Positions 1 to 11,100 are shown, counted from the first letter of the stretch. The stretch is DNA of 29,871 nt from Thermococcus sp. JdFR-02 (GCA_002009975.1 MTLP01000014.1:1-29871), one strand, 5' to 3'. Translations and numbers: made by a program. Notes: generated by a model from the sequence alone, not told the origin.

Positions 1-63
1 TGGCTCCCCTCGACGCCGCCGTTTTTTACCCGGGCTTGGGCCCTCTGTTTGAGGGCTTCACCC
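1..63 (-). ncRNA. 5' part of a GC-rich structured transcript (ncRNA or long leader) running off the left edge
   Basis: GC-rich island in AT-rich DNA. The minus strand reads GGGTGAAGCCCTC-AAACA-GAGGGC... (6-bp hairpin), about 22 nt downstream of a TATA-like TTTTTATT (83-90). No supported ORF; identity unknown. Confidence 0.3.
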
Positions 64-209
64 AATAGTTGGCAACCCTCCCAATAAAAAATTTTTGCAA
101 AGCTGAGAGAAAAGTTATACAAAAATGAGGTAAATTTGTAATACTAATAATGAAAAATAAACATTTTCATGCCAATAATTTAGTATGGCTCTCTCAAAGA
201 ATTAAAAGA

Positions 210-929
210 TTAGATCTTTGGTTCAACAGCATAAACCGTCTTATCTTCCCCAATACCATCAATTAACCCCTTATGTCTTCTTACACAGCTCTCACATTCG
301 CCACAGTGAATTGGTTTCCCATCATCAGTGAATCCTTTTGGCATATAGCACGAGTTTGAATATTCATACTTAGCGTTTAAATCTTTCAAAAGCTTTGCAA
401 TTCCTTTTTTGTTCAATTTTATAAGAGGAGCAACTACTTTAACTTCACTTAATGCTCCAAGTTTCAACATTTCGTTCATTTTCTCCACAAACTCTAATGT
501 GTTGTCAGGAAAAGTGGTTCCTTCTTCAGCATTAAATCCGACGATAATATCTCCTCCACCCATAGCATCCAAAAGTGAAGCTGCTATTGATATTAAAACC
601 ACATTCCTAGCTGGAACCCAAACGCTCTTTGCAGTTTCTTGTGCAAATTCTATGCTTTCAAGGTCTTTAGCTGTAACCTTTGGAGTTTCTCCACCGACTA
701 AAGTTGTTCCTCTTAGCTTTGAGAACTCCTCTAAAAAATCTAAGCGAATTATTCTGAGTGGAATGTTAAGTTCTTTTGAAAAAAACTCTGCAACTTTATT
801 AGTTGCCCTCTCTTCATTGCTCCCATAGTTTATTGTAAGCATGATAACATCGTCATAGTTCTTCTTTGCCCAATAGAGACAAGCTGTTGAGTCTAATCCA
901 CCACTAAACAAAACCACAGCCCTCTTCAT
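210..929 (-). CDS. queC: 7-cyano-7-deazaguanine synthase (preQ0 synthase; archaeosine pathway)
   Basis: SGGLDS PP-loop, VPARN motif, SCY...HCGECESC zinc motif. GGTGA SD precedes ATG at 929 (ORF open to 938). Confidence 0.93.
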   Translation of the reverse strand: MKRAVVLFSGGLDSTACLYWAKKNYDDVIMLTINYGSNEERATNKVAEFFSKELNIPLRIIRLDFLEEFSKLRGTTLVGGETPKVTAKDLESIEFAQETAKSVWVPARNVVLISIAASLLDAMGGGDIIVGFNAEEGTTFPDNTLEFVEKMNEMLKLGALSEVKVVAPLIKLNKKGIAKLLKDLNAKYEYSNSCYMPKGFTDDGKPIHCGECESCVRRHKGLIDGIGEDKTVYAVEPKI

Positions 930-938
930 TCTTCTCAC

Positions 939-1835
939 CTACTCCAAAGCTATTCCAATAATATCTTTGACACTCTTAAACCCTTCTTCTATTAAAAATC
1001 TCTCTATCCCTCCATTTATCTCCTTAAAAACATTAAACCCCTTCAAATAAACAGCTGTTCCAATTTGTAACGCTTTTGCACCAGCCATTAGAAACTCAAT
1101 AGCGTCCTGCCAAGTCGTTATTCCCCCCACTCCAATAATATCAATATCCAAAACCCTAGCCAAGTCATAAACCGCTCTTAGAGCAATAGGCTTGACACCT
1201 TGTCCAGAATAGCCGCCAACTTTGTTGCTTAAAATTGGCTTTCTCGCATATATATCAATTGCTATCGCTTTTAGTGTGTTTATAGCAGAAACTGCATCTG
1301 CATCTGCTTTTTCAGCAGCTAACCCAATTTTCGTTATATCATCAATGTTAGGAGTTAGCTTTGCAATTATCGGCTTATCAGTTGCATCCTTAACTGCTCT
1401 AACTATTTTATAAACCATCTCTGGGTTTTGACCTATCTCCATCCCATACCCTTTTGCATGAGGACAGCTTAGGTTAAGTTCAAAAGCATCTGCTATTTCA
1501 TTAAGCTTTTCCACTAAAAAGGCAAACTCTTTTTCATCTCTACCAAAAATCGAGACAATAATAGGAAAGTCGAACTTCTCTTTGCTAAACTCGTCGTAAA
1601 ATGCCTCCCAGCCAGGATTTGGAAGTCCCATAGCGTTGATTAAACCATAAGGCAATTCTACTATCGTTGGATTTTCATAACCTTTTCTTGGTTCTTTTCC
1701 TATTGATTTTGTAACAACTGCCCCAGCTCCTTCATCATGAGCTCTTCTCAGTAAAGCAGGTGTCATATCACTCACACCAGAAGCAAGAATGAGAGGATTT
1801 TCAAGCTTTAGTTTAGCAACTTCAATACTCAACAT
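939..1835 (-). CDS. pyrD: Dihydroorotate dehydrogenase family 1, catalytic subunit
   Basis: NPLILASG, NAMGLPNPG, ELNLSCPH active-site motif, AKLTPN, GGYSG, IGVGGI. SD AGGTG before ATG at 1835. Confidence 0.93.
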   Translation of the reverse strand: MLSIEVAKLKLENPLILASGVSDMTPALLRRAHDEGAGAVVTKSIGKEPRKGYENPTIVELPYGLINAMGLPNPGWEAFYDEFSKEKFDFPIIVSIFGRDEKEFAFLVEKLNEIADAFELNLSCPHAKGYGMEIGQNPEMVYKIVRAVKDATDKPIIAKLTPNIDDITKIGLAAEKADADAVSAINTLKAIAIDIYARKPILSNKVGGYSGQGVKPIALRAVYDLARVLDIDIIGVGGITTWQDAIEFLMAGAKALQIGTAVYLKGFNVFKEINGGIERFLIEEGFKSVKDIIGIALE

Positions 1836-1926
1836 TTTCCACACCTAAAAAGCAAAAGAAGTGGAGAGTTATTAAGGTTTTGCTCGTTATTTGCATAATA
1901 AATACTTTCGATTAAAGCTTTTATAC

Positions 1927-2245
1927 GGCGGCGGACGCGCCCGAGGGTGGGAACCCTCCACCGCCCAGTCTTGCTCGGGACTTGTTCCTCCCCGCTACCC
2001 CACGAGCGCCGCGCGTCCCGCCTACCGCTGCTCCCTTCCGGGCCTTGCGGGGTTTGGCGGGCAAAGGGCTTCAGCGGAACCCTTCAGCTCCGCCTTGCCC
2101 ACCGCCAGCCCCGTGGGACGAGGAGTCATCACTCCTCCCGGGTTCGACTGGACGGCTTTAGGAACCGCCCCTCGGGCTTCGGCCCCCGCATATCGACGGT
2201 TTCGGGTTCCAGGGGACGCCGAACCCCCCAGCCTAGTCCGCCGCC
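1927..2245 (-). ncRNA. ffs: Archaeal signal recognition particle (7S/SRP) RNA
   Basis: About 320-nt GC-rich island. Terminal helix GGCGGCGGAC/GTCCGCCGCC; Alu-domain start CTAGGCTGGGGGGTTCGGCGTCCCC; helix 8 CAAGGCCCGGAAGGGAGCAGC with GGAA tetraloop; TATA box about 23 nt upstream. Confidence 0.97.
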
Positions 2246-2267
2246 ATAATTCTCTATACTGAGAGTA

Positions 2268-2281
2268 TATATAAAGGTTTG
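2268..2281 (-). promoter_or_regulatory. BRE/TATA promoter of SRP RNA
   Basis: Minus strand CAAACC-TTTATATA at canonical spacing from the SRP RNA 5' end. Confidence 0.75.
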
Positions 2282-2284
2282 GTA

Positions 2285-2953
2285 TTAAATTAAAGAAAGC
2301 ACAAAGGCAACCCCTAGAGGCACAGTGAAATTATCAAAAGAGCGAAGCTTTCCAATACTTAAAAGCTCAATAATCGAGCCAGAAGCTGCCGATATTAATG
2401 CTATTCTTAAGGTTTTCTCAATTAAAGCTCCACCTAAGTATGCCCAGAAATAATATCCAAACAAAGCACCAGCTAAGGCAAAGAGAAACATTGCCAGACT
2501 CCCTTCCAGGGTTTTTCCATTTATTAGTCTATGCTTTCCAAAGCGTTTTCCTATTAATGCTGCAAATCCATCTCCCCATGCCATAACAAAAGTTGCCACT
2601 ATCGGAATGTAGCTTTTTATCCCAAAGAGGGCTATAAGAAGGGCTATGCTTATGATGTAATAAACTGGTCCGTATGCATGAACTGGATCATCTTCCTTAG
2701 GAACCAAGCTTTCCCTTATAGGTAAACCAAAAGCAATCCCAACTGCTACAATTATTGCTAAACCTACAGGGATTATTATAACCCATTTAAGAGAGGCAAA
2801 AAGGGGAAGAACGATTATTATATCGCTTGCTAATATGTGGACGATTCTCCTTGTAGTTTCAGCAGAATAGTGTTTTCTAAGATAGTGACTAACCCCCATA
2901 ACTGTGAAAACATAAAGATAAACAAGTAAAACTAAATCCCATGTCCCCCTCAT
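2285..2953 (-). CDS. Dolichol/phytol kinase-like CTP-dependent membrane kinase (CTP_transf_1-like)
   Basis: Multi-TM protein with TRRIVH, AWGDGFAALIGKRFG, KTLEGS and DNFTVP motifs. Confidence 0.8.
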   Translation of the reverse strand: MRGTWDLVLLVYLYVFTVMGVSHYLRKHYSAETTRRIVHILASDIIIVLPLFASLKWVIIIPVGLAIIVAVGIAFGLPIRESLVPKEDDPVHAYGPVYYIISIALLIALFGIKSYIPIVATFVMAWGDGFAALIGKRFGKHRLINGKTLEGSLAMFLFALAGALFGYYFWAYLGGALIEKTLRIALISAASGSIIELLSIGKLRSFDNFTVPLGVAFVLSLI

Positions 2954-2958
2954 CTTGA

Positions 2959-3549
2959 CTACTCCCTTTTGCTTTCTCCAGTCATCACAGCACTTGCAAT
3001 TATGTGGGCTAATCTCAAAGGCTCTGGTATCAATGAATTTCTCTGAGTTATCTTTATTATCTCTTCTGCCTCTTCATTTTCAAGGTTTACTGTTTGATAG
3101 TAGAGTTTCCCAGGTATTAACTCTCTAATCTCCCCAGCTTCATTTAGCAGCTTAATTCTCTCTTCCGCGTCATCAAAATGATTTATTAGCGCCTTTTTCA
3201 TCGCTTGTATATCTGGCTTCTTCCTAATAACAATTATCACAGGTAACTCCGTTTCTTCACTTAGTCTTTTAACATTCACAATGTTAAACCCAGCATAGGT
3301 TATCCCTTTAAGCATAATTACCCTTAAATCCTTAAAACGGCTTTTATTTATTGAATCTATCATTTTATCTGTGGCATCTTTACCATCAATTTCAATCCAT
3401 CTCGTAACAACACCTAAAACATCGCTTCCCCCTTTCATGACAACTCCAACAAGAATGGTCTTATCCTTACCCTTAAAGCGAAAAGTGCCATCATCAAAGC
3501 CAATCACGCGAATTTGAGGCTTTATCTTGTAAAATTTCATTTTTATCAC
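2959..3549 (-). CDS. DUF99/UPF0215 family protein (endonuclease V-like fold; endonuclease dU family)
   Basis: [39 protein letters not shown] motifs. Alternative start ATG at 3540. Confidence 0.85.
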   Translation of the reverse strand: MIKMKFYKIKPQIRVIGFDDGTFRFKGKDKTILVGVVMKGGSDVLGVVTRWIEIDGKDATDKMIDSINKSRFKDLRVIMLKGITYAGFNIVNVKRLSEETELPVIIVIRKKPDIQAMKKALINHFDDAEERIKLLNEAGEIRELIPGKLYYQTVNLENEEAEEIIKITQRNSLIPEPLRLAHIIASAVMTGESKRE

Positions 3550-3565
3550 TTAAAAAGTGAATAGG

Positions 3566-3880
3566 TTATTTGGTTACTTCAAAAAGCCATGCTAAGTATT
3601 CCTTATTTACGCTATCTACATCGATTCTAATGATTGCGGGCACTGAATAAGGGTGAAGTCTTTTCAAAGCATCTTTAAGTTCTCCCCACAATTCTACTTT
3701 TGTTTTTAAAACAGCCCCAATCTCTTGCCCTTCTTCAATTTTCCCTTCCCACCAGTAGAAGGCTTTGTGTTCTCTTAAGTTTGCACAGGCAATTAACCTC
3801 TGTTCTAAGAGTTCCCTAACAATCTTCTCAGCACTCTCCCTGTCTGGGAAAGTTGTGTAAATTAATATCATATCTGTCAT
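3566..3880 (-). CDS. cutA: Divalent-cation tolerance protein CutA
   Basis: YTTFPD, RLIACAN, YWWEGKIE, HPYSVPAII, YLAWL. Confidence 0.93.
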   Translation of the reverse strand: MTDMILIYTTFPDRESAEKIVRELLEQRLIACANLREHKAFYWWEGKIEEGQEIGAVLKTKVELWGELKDALKRLHPYSVPAIIRIDVDSVNKEYLAWLFEVTK

Positions 3881-4019
3881 TGTACTCCCCCCTATTTCCT
3901 ACAACATCGACAGCTTAAGTAGTTTATCCCCCCTTAGCTTATTTTGTAAACTCCTTATAAGGACATAATTCAAGATTATCAACCTTTAGTTTAATGCTTA
4001 TAGTTAAAAATGCCTCTCA

Positions 4020-4036
4020 GTTTTTAACTTTTGGTT
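4020..4036 (+). promoter_or_regulatory. SurR binding site (GTTn3AACn5GTT) upstream of the hypF promoter
   Basis: GTT-TTT-AAC-TTTTG-GTT is an exact match, directly upstream of BRE/TATA AGAAATATATAAAT (4039-4052). A second one-mismatch copy, ATT-ATC-AAC-CTTTA-GTT, lies at 3975-3991. Confidence 0.75.
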
Positions 4037-4085
4037 TTAGAAATATATAAATGCTTTTTTTAGGATTTTACATTAGGTGAGAGTG

Positions 4086-6401
4086 GTGAAGGCATATCAC
4101 GTTCATGTAGAAGGCATTGTTCAAGGTGTTGGTTTTAGACCTTTTGTGTATAGAATTGCTCATGAGCACGACTTGAGAGGTTTTGTAAAAAATCTCGGAG
4201 ATGCAGGTGTGGAAATTGTTATCGAGGGTCATGAAGGGAGTATTAAGTCATTTTTACATGACTTAAAAAACAAAGCCCCCCCATTAGCTAAGGTTGAGAA
4301 AATAAAAATAAAGGAAATACCATTTCAAGGCTTTGATAGGTTTTACATAGAAAAAAGCTCAAATAGCGGCGGAGGAGAAGGAGATTCTGTAATTCCTCCA
4401 GATGTCAGTATTTGTGAGGACTGTATAAGAGAGCTATTTGATCCAAAGGATAAACGTTATCTTTATCCCTTTATTGTATGTACTAACTGTGGACCAAGAT
4501 TTACAATAATCAGTGACCTACCCTATGACAGACCAAATACGACTATGAAGGATTTTGATATGTGTGACTTCTGTAGAAGTGAGTATGAGGATCCATTGAA
4601 CAGAAGATACCATGCTCAACCTGTTTGTTGTCCCGTTTGTGGACCAAGATACATGCTCTTTGATAAAAATGGAGTAGAACTTAGTGGTGATCCAATTAAA
4701 AAGGCTGCTAAACTTTTGGATGAGGGGCACATATTAGCAATAAAGGGAGTTGGTGGAATTCACATAGCCTGTGATGCAACAAACGAGGGTGCTGTTAGAG
4801 AGCTTAGAAAGAGGATTTTAAGACCTCAACAGCCATTTGCCATAATGGCAAAAGATCTGAACACCATAGAAAGCTTTGCCCACGTTAGTGAATTAGAAAA
4901 AGAGGAGCTCTTAAGCTATAGAAAGCCCATATTGACTTTAAGGAAAAAAGAACCTTTTCCCCTTCCTGAAGACCTTGCCCCCGGTCTCCATACCATTGGA
5001 GTTATGCTACCTTACTCAGGAATTCACTATTTGCTCTTTCACTACTCAAAAAGCCCAGTTTATGTAATGACCTCTGCAAATTACCCAGGATTGCCAATGG
5101 TTAAGGAGAATGAGAAAGCGTTTAAAGAACTCAAAGATTTAGCTGATTATTTCCTCCTTCACAATAGAAAGATACTTAACAGAACCGACGACAGTGTAAT
5201 CAGATTTGTAGATGGAAAAAGAGCAATTATAAGGAGAAGCAGAGGATTTGTTCCTCTACCTATTGAGATACCATTTGAATACAAAGGAATAGCAGTAGGA
5301 GCCGAGCTTTTGAACTCGTTTAGTATAGCCAAAAATGGAAAGGTTTACCCAAGTCAATATATCGGAAACACGTCAAAATTAGAAGTTTTGGAGTTCATGA
5401 GAGAAGCAATACGTCATTTTAAGAAAATTCTGAGGGTTAAGGACATTGAGTTAGTTATAGCTGATCTTCATCCTCTCTATAATACAACAAAATTGGCAAT
5501 GGAGTTGGCAAATGAGCATGATGTTGAATTTCTACAAGTGCAGCATCATTATGCTCACGCAGCTACCCTAATGGTCGAGAACAATATCGAGGAAATAATA
5601 GCTATCACCCTCGATGGGGTAGGTTACGGTGTAGATGGAAAAACCTGGGGAGGAGAAGTGCTTTACTTAAGCTACGAGGATATTGAAAGATTAGCTCATA
5701 TTGACTATTATCCACTGCCTGGTGGAGATTTGGCAAGTTATTATCCATTAAGGACTTTAATAGGAATTTTGAGCAAAGTTTACACTTTGGATGAGGTCAG
5801 AGAGATAATTGAGAAACACTGCCCAAGAGCTATTGAAAGCTTAAAATACGGCAAAGTTGAGTTTAATGTCGTGTTAAACCAACTTTCAAGAGAAATAAAC
5901 GTTGGTTATGCGTCCTCAACAGGTAGAGTGTTAGATGCTATGAGTGTTTTATTGAACATTGCCTATAGGAGAACCTATGAAGGAGAACCAGCTATGAAGT
6001 TAGAAAGCTTTGCCCTGAAAGGAAAAAATGACCTAAAATTTGTTGTCCCAGTCGAGGGAGAAGAAATAAAAATTGAAAATCTCTTTATCCAAGCTCTTGA
6101 GAGCAATGCAAATCCAGTTGACATAGCTTACTCCACCCATTTAGCATTAGCAAGGGCTTTTGGAGAAATTGCAGTCGAGAATGCCAAGGAATTCGGTGTA
6201 AAAGCCATTGGAGTTAGCGGTGGAGTTGCATATAATGAGCTGATAGTGAAAACTCTAAGAAAAATCGTTGAAACCAACAACCTGAAATTCTATATTACAC
6301 AGGAAATTCCAAGAGGGGATAACGGAATAAGCGTTGGGCAAGCCTTTCTTGGTGGACTTTACAATGAAGGCTACCTGAGTAAAGAGGATCTCACGCTTTA
6401 A
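4086..6401 (+). CDS. hypF: [NiFe]-hydrogenase maturation carbamoyltransferase HypF
   Basis: N-terminal acylphosphatase domain ([11 protein letters not shown]), two CxxC...CxxC zinc fingers, YrdC domain (KGVGGIH), Kae1-like domain ([24 protein letters not shown]). SD AGGTGA favours GTG at 4086 (ORF open from 4077). Confidence 0.97.
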   Translation: MKAYHVHVEGIVQGVGFRPFVYRIAHEHDLRGFVKNLGDAGVEIVIEGHEGSIKSFLHDLKNKAPPLAKVEKIKIKEIPFQGFDRFYIEKSSNSGGGEGDSVIPPDVSICEDCIRELFDPKDKRYLYPFIVCTNCGPRFTIISDLPYDRPNTTMKDFDMCDFCRSEYEDPLNRRYHAQPVCCPVCGPRYMLFDKNGVELSGDPIKKAAKLLDEGHILAIKGVGGIHIACDATNEGAVRELRKRILRPQQPFAIMAKDLNTIESFAHVSELEKEELLSYRKPILTLRKKEPFPLPEDLAPGLHTIGVMLPYSGIHYLLFHYSKSPVYVMTSANYPGLPMVKENEKAFKELKDLADYFLLHNRKILNRTDDSVIRFVDGKRAIIRRSRGFVPLPIEIPFEYKGIAVGAELLNSFSIAKNGKVYPSQYIGNTSKLEVLEFMREAIRHFKKILRVKDIELVIADLHPLYNTTKLAMELANEHDVEFLQVQHHYAHAATLMVENNIEEIIAITLDGVGYGVDGKTWGGEVLYLSYEDIERLAHIDYYPLPGGDLASYYPLRTLIGILSKVYTLDEVREIIEKHCPRAIESLKYGKVEFNVVLNQLSREINVGYASSTGRVLDAMSVLLNIAYRRTYEGEPAMKLESFALKGKNDLKFVVPVEGEEIKIENLFIQALESNANPVDIAYSTHLALARAFGEIAVENAKEFGVKAIGVSGGVAYNELIVKTLRKIVETNNLKFYITQEIPRGDNGISVGQAFLGGLYNEGYLSKEDLTL

Positions 6402-6448
6402 TCTCAAAAGTTAAAAATCCCTTTAACTATGTTCTTATAGGGGGGAGT

Positions 6449-6724
6449 ATGGAAATAGTAAGAGCACATCTTAAAATCTACGGTAGGGTTCAAGGGGTAG
6501 GATTTAGGTGGAGCATGCAGAGAGAAGCAAGAAAGCTTGGATTAAGTGGATGGGTTAGAAATATGCCAGATGGAACAGTTGAAGCTGTTGTTGAAGGGGA
6601 AAGGGAAAGGGTAGAAGCTCTAATAGGATGGGCTTATCAAGGACCCCCTTTAGCAAGGGTAACAAGAATAGAAGTAAAATGGGGAATTCCCAAAGGAGAG
6701 AGAGGATTTAGGATTCTGCATTAA
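6449..6724 (+). CDS. acyP: Acylphosphatase
   Basis: [21 protein letters not shown]; 91 aa. Confidence 0.93.
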   Translation: MEIVRAHLKIYGRVQGVGFRWSMQREARKLGLSGWVRNMPDGTVEAVVEGERERVEALIGWAYQGPPLARVTRIEVKWGIPKGERGFRILH

Positions 6725-7302
6725 CTTTTTTCCACAACAACTTTTTTAGGACAGTAGCGAACTTCACAATAGGCACAAACGAAGTTTTCCTTCCTTTTCT
6801 CTGGTGTGTGGAGTATTAACTTTTTGAATCCCGGGGTGTCCTTTATTTTTATAAAGACCTCAACCGGGATAGTACCATCAATAACGATATATGCTTTGCT
6901 ATCCTCTTGTCTCAAATTCCTGCTAAATATCTCCATTATTGAAATATTATTTTTAGAGAGCAAATCCAAAACTTTTGCGACTGCTTGAGAATATAGGGAT
7001 TTCTCTATCTCTATCTCTAAAACTTCCCATCCCATGATTGGAGCAACCTCTATTAAGCTTGGCAGAGGAGTTAAACGCTCAAATATCAACTTTAGTGGAT
7101 ACGTTTTCTCTATGTATTCAATAGTATGATAGATTATCTTCCTGTTAACCCCAATAATCCTCGATAGCTCACTTATTGGAACCTCAACATTCCTAAGATA
7201 TATTTTGCCGTTTTTAACACTTAAACCATTTTCAAAAAGAAATTCAGCAACTTTCTTTCTTGCGGGGAAGTTTTTGAAATAAACCTCTAATATGAGCATC
7301 AT
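6721..7302 (-). CDS. Predicted transcriptional regulator with HTH and ACT domain (archaeal 'regulator of amino acid metabolism' family)
   Basis: [21 protein letters not shown]-like [19 protein letters not shown]-like C-terminal half, CxxCx4C tail. SD GAGGTGG before ATG at 7302. Confidence 0.75.
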   Translation of the reverse strand: MMLILEVYFKNFPARKKVAEFLFENGLSVKNGKIYLRNVEVPISELSRIIGVNRKIIYHTIEYIEKTYPLKLIFERLTPLPSLIEVAPIMGWEVLEIEIEKSLYSQAVAKVLDLLSKNNISIMEIFSRNLRQEDSKAYIVIDGTIPVEVFIKIKDTPGFKKLILHTPEKRKENFVCAYCEVRYCPKKVVVEKS

Positions 7303-7419
7303 TTTTGCCACCTCTTATACAAATGTGGGTAAGAATGTGTATTTAAGTCTTTCTATTAATCGGTAGGGAAAAGGTTAAATTCCAAGGAAGATTAAAAGCA
7401 AATTTTAGGAGGTGTGAGA

Positions 7420-8301
7420 ATGAAGTTTGATGTAATTGCAATAGGGAATCTAAATTATGACATAATAATGCTTATAGACAGATTCCCCGAGTTTCACGAG
7501 AAAATAAGTGCTAAAGATGCCTATTTTGGTTTAGGTGGAGCTGCGGGAAATACTGCATCCTGGTTAGCACATATGGGCTTAAAAGTAGGTTTTATTGGAG
7601 CAGTAGGGAACGATGAGATTGGAGAAGCACATATAAACTATTTCAAAAAAATTGGCGTTGATGCATCGAGGATAAAAACTGTAGATGTCCACTCTGGGGT
7701 TGCAATTGTCCTTATAAAAGGAGAAGATAAGAGGATTGTAAAATTTAGAGGTGCAAATGACTACAGAGAACTTGATTTTGATTATCTAACAAAAACAAGA
7801 CACATTCACTTAACATCAAATCCAGAAAAATTAATCGTTGATGCGGTGAATTTTGCCTATGAGAACGGTATTAGCGTTTCTCTCGACATAGGTGAGGCTA
7901 AGCTTCCCAAGGGAATAGAGGAAAAAATAACATACTTAATGATGAATGAAGATGAGTTTAAGAGAAAATTTGGAAGTTTGGAAAAGATTAGGGAAGTTAC
8001 AGCAAAGAATGTTATAATAACCCTAAATGGTGGAGGAGCATTAATAAGAAATGAAAAGGGAGAAATTGCCGAGATTAGAGGATTAAGTGCCCAAGTGGTT
8101 GACTCAACTGGAGCTGGAGACTCATTTGCAGCTGGAGTTATTTATGGAGTTTTAAGAGGATGGAGCTTAGAGGATGCAAGTAAACTTGGCATGTTTTTAG
8201 CATATCTAACTGTTCAAAAAGTTGGTGCAAGGAGCGCGATAATACCTTTAGAAGATATAAAAAAGAGAGCAAGTGAGATCAATTTAAAATTACCTCTCTA
8301 A
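7420..8301 (+). CDS. PfkB/ribokinase-family kinase, probably ADP-dependent ribose-1-phosphate kinase (TK2029-like)
   Basis: GGAAGN and DSTGAGDSF PfkB signatures. Closely resembles the recalled T. kodakarensis TK2029 sequence ([32 protein letters not shown]); near tfe. Confidence 0.8.
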   Translation: MKFDVIAIGNLNYDIIMLIDRFPEFHEKISAKDAYFGLGGAAGNTASWLAHMGLKVGFIGAVGNDEIGEAHINYFKKIGVDASRIKTVDVHSGVAIVLIKGEDKRIVKFRGANDYRELDFDYLTKTRHIHLTSNPEKLIVDAVNFAYENGISVSLDIGEAKLPKGIEEKITYLMMNEDEFKRKFGSLEKIREVTAKNVIITLNGGGALIRNEKGEIAEIRGLSAQVVDSTGAGDSFAAGVIYGVLRGWSLEDASKLGMFLAYLTVQKVGARSAIIPLEDIKKRASEINLKLPL

Positions 8302-9119
8302 TAGCTCTTCAACCCAACTATCTTTGCCTGCCTTTCACTCCACCTATATACTAAATATCCTATCAAAGCATAAACGGCAGAGATGAATAGAACATAAGAG
8401 ATTTCACCTTTAGCGGCTGTATAACCAAAGGCAACCACTTTTCTAACTGCATCTGTCGTTGGAGCATAAGGCAAAGCTTTAGCTAAATATTGAAGACCTT
8501 TTGGGAGGATTTTTATAGGGTACATTGCACCACTTAAAGCAAAGACGAGCATTTCCAAAACGTTTACGAAAGGTCCTGGGTCTCTTAAGTATAAAACTAT
8601 TCCTGCAGCTGTTAATCCAACTCCTACCATCCCAATTGAGCCGAGAAAGAGAACTGGTAAAGCTTTAAGGAAGTTGACCCAATTGAGGCTCAAACCAAAT
8701 AAAAGCACAAACAGGATTACATAAATTCCAAGATAGAGGAGCGTTAAGATGATCCTAAGCAAAACATTGCCCAAGAAAAAGGTTATTCTTCTCATAGGAG
8801 CGGCAAAGCTATATTCTAAAGTTCCAGCGTAAAGTTCTTCTATTATGCTCCAAACAAAGCCACTTAGGAAAGTCAATGAGAAGCCAAGAACCATGAATCC
8901 AAGGATAGCAAAGGCTACATAATCGGAATAACCTGTGAGATTTTGAAGGGCTTTTGAATTTCTTTCTCCAGTTAATCCAATACCGATTAGCAAAGCCTGT
9001 CCAGCGAAGAAGAGACCAAAGGCTATATCAGAGATAAACCAAACTTTGTAGCTCAGAAAGATTCTCCAATTCTTAACAATCACGCCATAAAGAGCCCTAA
9101 GCTCCTTAGTAGCCTCCAT
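8298..9119 (-). CDS. ABC-2 type transporter permease
   Basis: About six TM helices, [28 protein letters not shown] before ATG at 9119; overlaps the upstream permease. Confidence 0.88.
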   Translation of the reverse strand: MEATKELRALYGVIVKNWRIFLSYKVWFISDIAFGLFFAGQALLIGIGLTGERNSKALQNLTGYSDYVAFAILGFMVLGFSLTFLSGFVWSIIEELYAGTLEYSFAAPMRRITFFLGNVLLRIILTLLYLGIYVILFVLLFGLSLNWVNFLKALPVLFLGSIGMVGVGLTAAGIVLYLRDPGPFVNVLEMLVFALSGAMYPIKILPKGLQYLAKALPYAPTTDAVRKVVAFGYTAAKGEISYVLFISAVYALIGYLVYRWSERQAKIVGLKSY

Positions 9120-9909
9120 AACCAATCACCCTTGTTAACTTTTCAGCGTACTTGAACAATGCATAGCTAATGAGCCAATAAAAGAAAGTTAACACTAGAA
9201 GAATTTCTATCGTTGGTATTAGCTCAGCATAACTTTTTCCAATGAAAATTCCTCTAATTGCTTCAATTGCATGAGTTAAAGGTATCGCATTGCCGATTGC
9301 TTGGACGGTTTTTGGCATTACCGTTGTTGGAAAGAAAACTCCAGAGAGGAACATAACTCCAAATTCAAAGATCTGTGTTAAAGGTCCTATATGTTTAAAA
9401 AGCATGACTAATCCTGCAAAGATCATTCCAAAGCCAAGAAAAGCTATGAATGACAAGATTAATATCGGAACAGCTTTTAGGATTATTATAAAGCTAACTG
9501 GGATTTTAAAAACGATCACACCAAAAATAAAGACTATCCCCATCAAAACGTTGTCTATTAAGATCCAACCCAATGAAAGCCCAATCAGGAATTTAATCAT
9601 CCTTATAGGCGCTAAAACGTTAGTTTCTAACGTTCCTCTTTGCAATTCCCTTCTAACTCCCCAAACATAGGCTTCCATTGGGGAAGCAAAAAGCCACCAC
9701 AGAATGTAACCTATCAATGCGTAGGTTGGATAATCGCCTAATCCAGTCGAAGATGCAAGTATTTGAGAATACCTCCCACCTAAAACGGCTTCACCAAAGA
9801 AAACAAACTGCAATAAAAAAACTATACCAATTAATGTTACACTTATAACCCTAAGCGGATAGCGGAAAAACATTCTGAGTTCTTTTTCTATCACAGCTAA
9901 AAGGCTCAT
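9106..9909 (-). CDS. ABC-2 type transporter permease
   Basis: EKELRMFFRYP, ELQRGTLE, FLSGVFFP, PLTHAIEAIR. Confidence 0.88.
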   Translation of the reverse strand: MSLLAVIEKELRMFFRYPLRVISVTLIGIVFLLQFVFFGEAVLGGRYSQILASSTGLGDYPTYALIGYILWWLFASPMEAYVWGVRRELQRGTLETNVLAPIRMIKFLIGLSLGWILIDNVLMGIVFIFGVIVFKIPVSFIIILKAVPILILSFIAFLGFGMIFAGLVMLFKHIGPLTQIFEFGVMFLSGVFFPTTVMPKTVQAIGNAIPLTHAIEAIRGIFIGKSYAELIPTIEILLVLTFFYWLISYALFKYAEKLTRVIGYGGY

Positions 9910-9918
9910 ATTCTCACC

Positions 9919-10893
9919 CTAATCCCTTATCGCTCTTCCTGTTAACTTGATAAAAACATCCTCCAAAGTTGGTTCTTTCTCCTCAACGCTCAAAATCTTT
10001 GCATTGTTTTTCACAAGCCACTCAACAACCTTGGGTAAGTCCTCTTCATCTATCTGTCCTCTAAGTGTTGTGAGATTTGAAGTGGGGTCTTCTTTTACAA
10101 TTGCTAAGGCAAAGGGGGCATCTCTTAACTTTTCTGGATTGAAGTCTTTAACCTTAATTTCAACGGCATCTTCATCTTTTACAAGTCTTTTTAAACCCTC
10201 TGGAGTGTCTAAAGCTATTATCTTGCCATGATCAATAATAGCTATCCTATCACAGAGTTCTTCAGCTTCTGCCATGTAATGGGTAGTTAAAAGAACTGTC
10301 TTTTTATGCTCATCAACGAGCTTCCTAACGAACTCTCTAACGAATATAGCACTTTGAACATCTAAACCCAAGGTTGGCTCATCTAAAAATAGAACTTCTG
10401 GATCGTTTATTAGAGCTTTTGCTATAGCTAATCTCTGCTTCATACCCCTCGAAAAACCCATAACCAAGTCGTTTCTTCTTTCCCAAAGCCCCACAAGTTT
10501 TAAAAGCTCTTCAATCCTCTCTTTTTCCACACTTTTTGGAACGTAATAGATTCTCGCAAAATATTTCAAATTTTCATAAGCAGACAAACGCCAGTATAAA
10601 GTTCTTTCCCCTTCAGCAACTAAATTAATCCTCCTCCTTATCTCTCTAACGTCTCGTCTTATATCGTATCCCAATATTTTAGCATCACCTCCACTCGGCT
10701 CCAATAGAGTCGTTAGGATTTTAATCGTAGTTGTCTTTCCAGCTCCATTAGGTCCCAAGAGACCAAACAGCTCACCTTTCTTAACTTTAAAACTAATTCC
10801 ATTAACTGCATTAACCCACTCAACTTTGCGGAAAGGAAGAGGTATTTTCTTAGGATAGCTTTTTTTGAGATTTTCAGCTTCAATTGCATACAT
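9919..10893 (-). CDS. ABC-2 exporter ATP-binding subunit (DrrA-like)
   Basis: Walker A GPNGAGKT, signature FSRGMKQR, Walker B LFLDEPT, TTHYM, C-terminal EPTLEDVFIKLTG. Confidence 0.93.
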   Translation of the reverse strand: MYAIEAENLKKSYPKKIPLPFRKVEWVNAVNGISFKVKKGELFGLLGPNGAGKTTTIKILTTLLEPSGGDAKILGYDIRRDVREIRRRINLVAEGERTLYWRLSAYENLKYFARIYYVPKSVEKERIEELLKLVGLWERRNDLVMGFSRGMKQRLAIAKALINDPEVLFLDEPTLGLDVQSAIFVREFVRKLVDEHKKTVLLTTHYMAEAEELCDRIAIIDHGKIIALDTPEGLKRLVKDEDAVEIKVKDFNPEKLRDAPFALAIVKEDPTSNLTTLRGQIDEEDLPKVVEWLVKNNAKILSVEEKEPTLEDVFIKLTGRAIRD

Positions 10894-11100
10894 TTTTCTC
10901 CCTCAAGGTTAGAAGACATTGCAAAAGATATAAACTTAATGCTCAATGCTGACCAGGAAAAGCATAAAACTTAAATTCTCCCTCAAAAAATTTTGAAGAA
11001 ATAACAAAAGAAAGGCTTAAAAAGTGCCAAAGCTAAAACATTTAGAATGACCAAAATTTTTTAAAGAGTGATCTACGCGTGAATTGTGGAGGTGACTCCA

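Noticed and set aside
1891-2262. Plus-strand ORFs of 123 and 100 aa
   Set aside because: Antisense to SRP RNA; open only because the region is GC-rich, with atypical Pro/Arg/Ser-rich composition.
3544-3563. TATCACTTAAAAAGTGAATA as a TGM operator
   Set aside because: The spacer is 7 rather than 5 nt, the right half is imperfect, and it overlaps the translation start region of a gene unrelated to sugar metabolism.
8298-10893. ABC-2 exporter as the exporter or immunity component for the Cys-rich protein
   Set aside because: It lies about 17 kb away among core genes with host-like composition, and nothing in the sequence links them.
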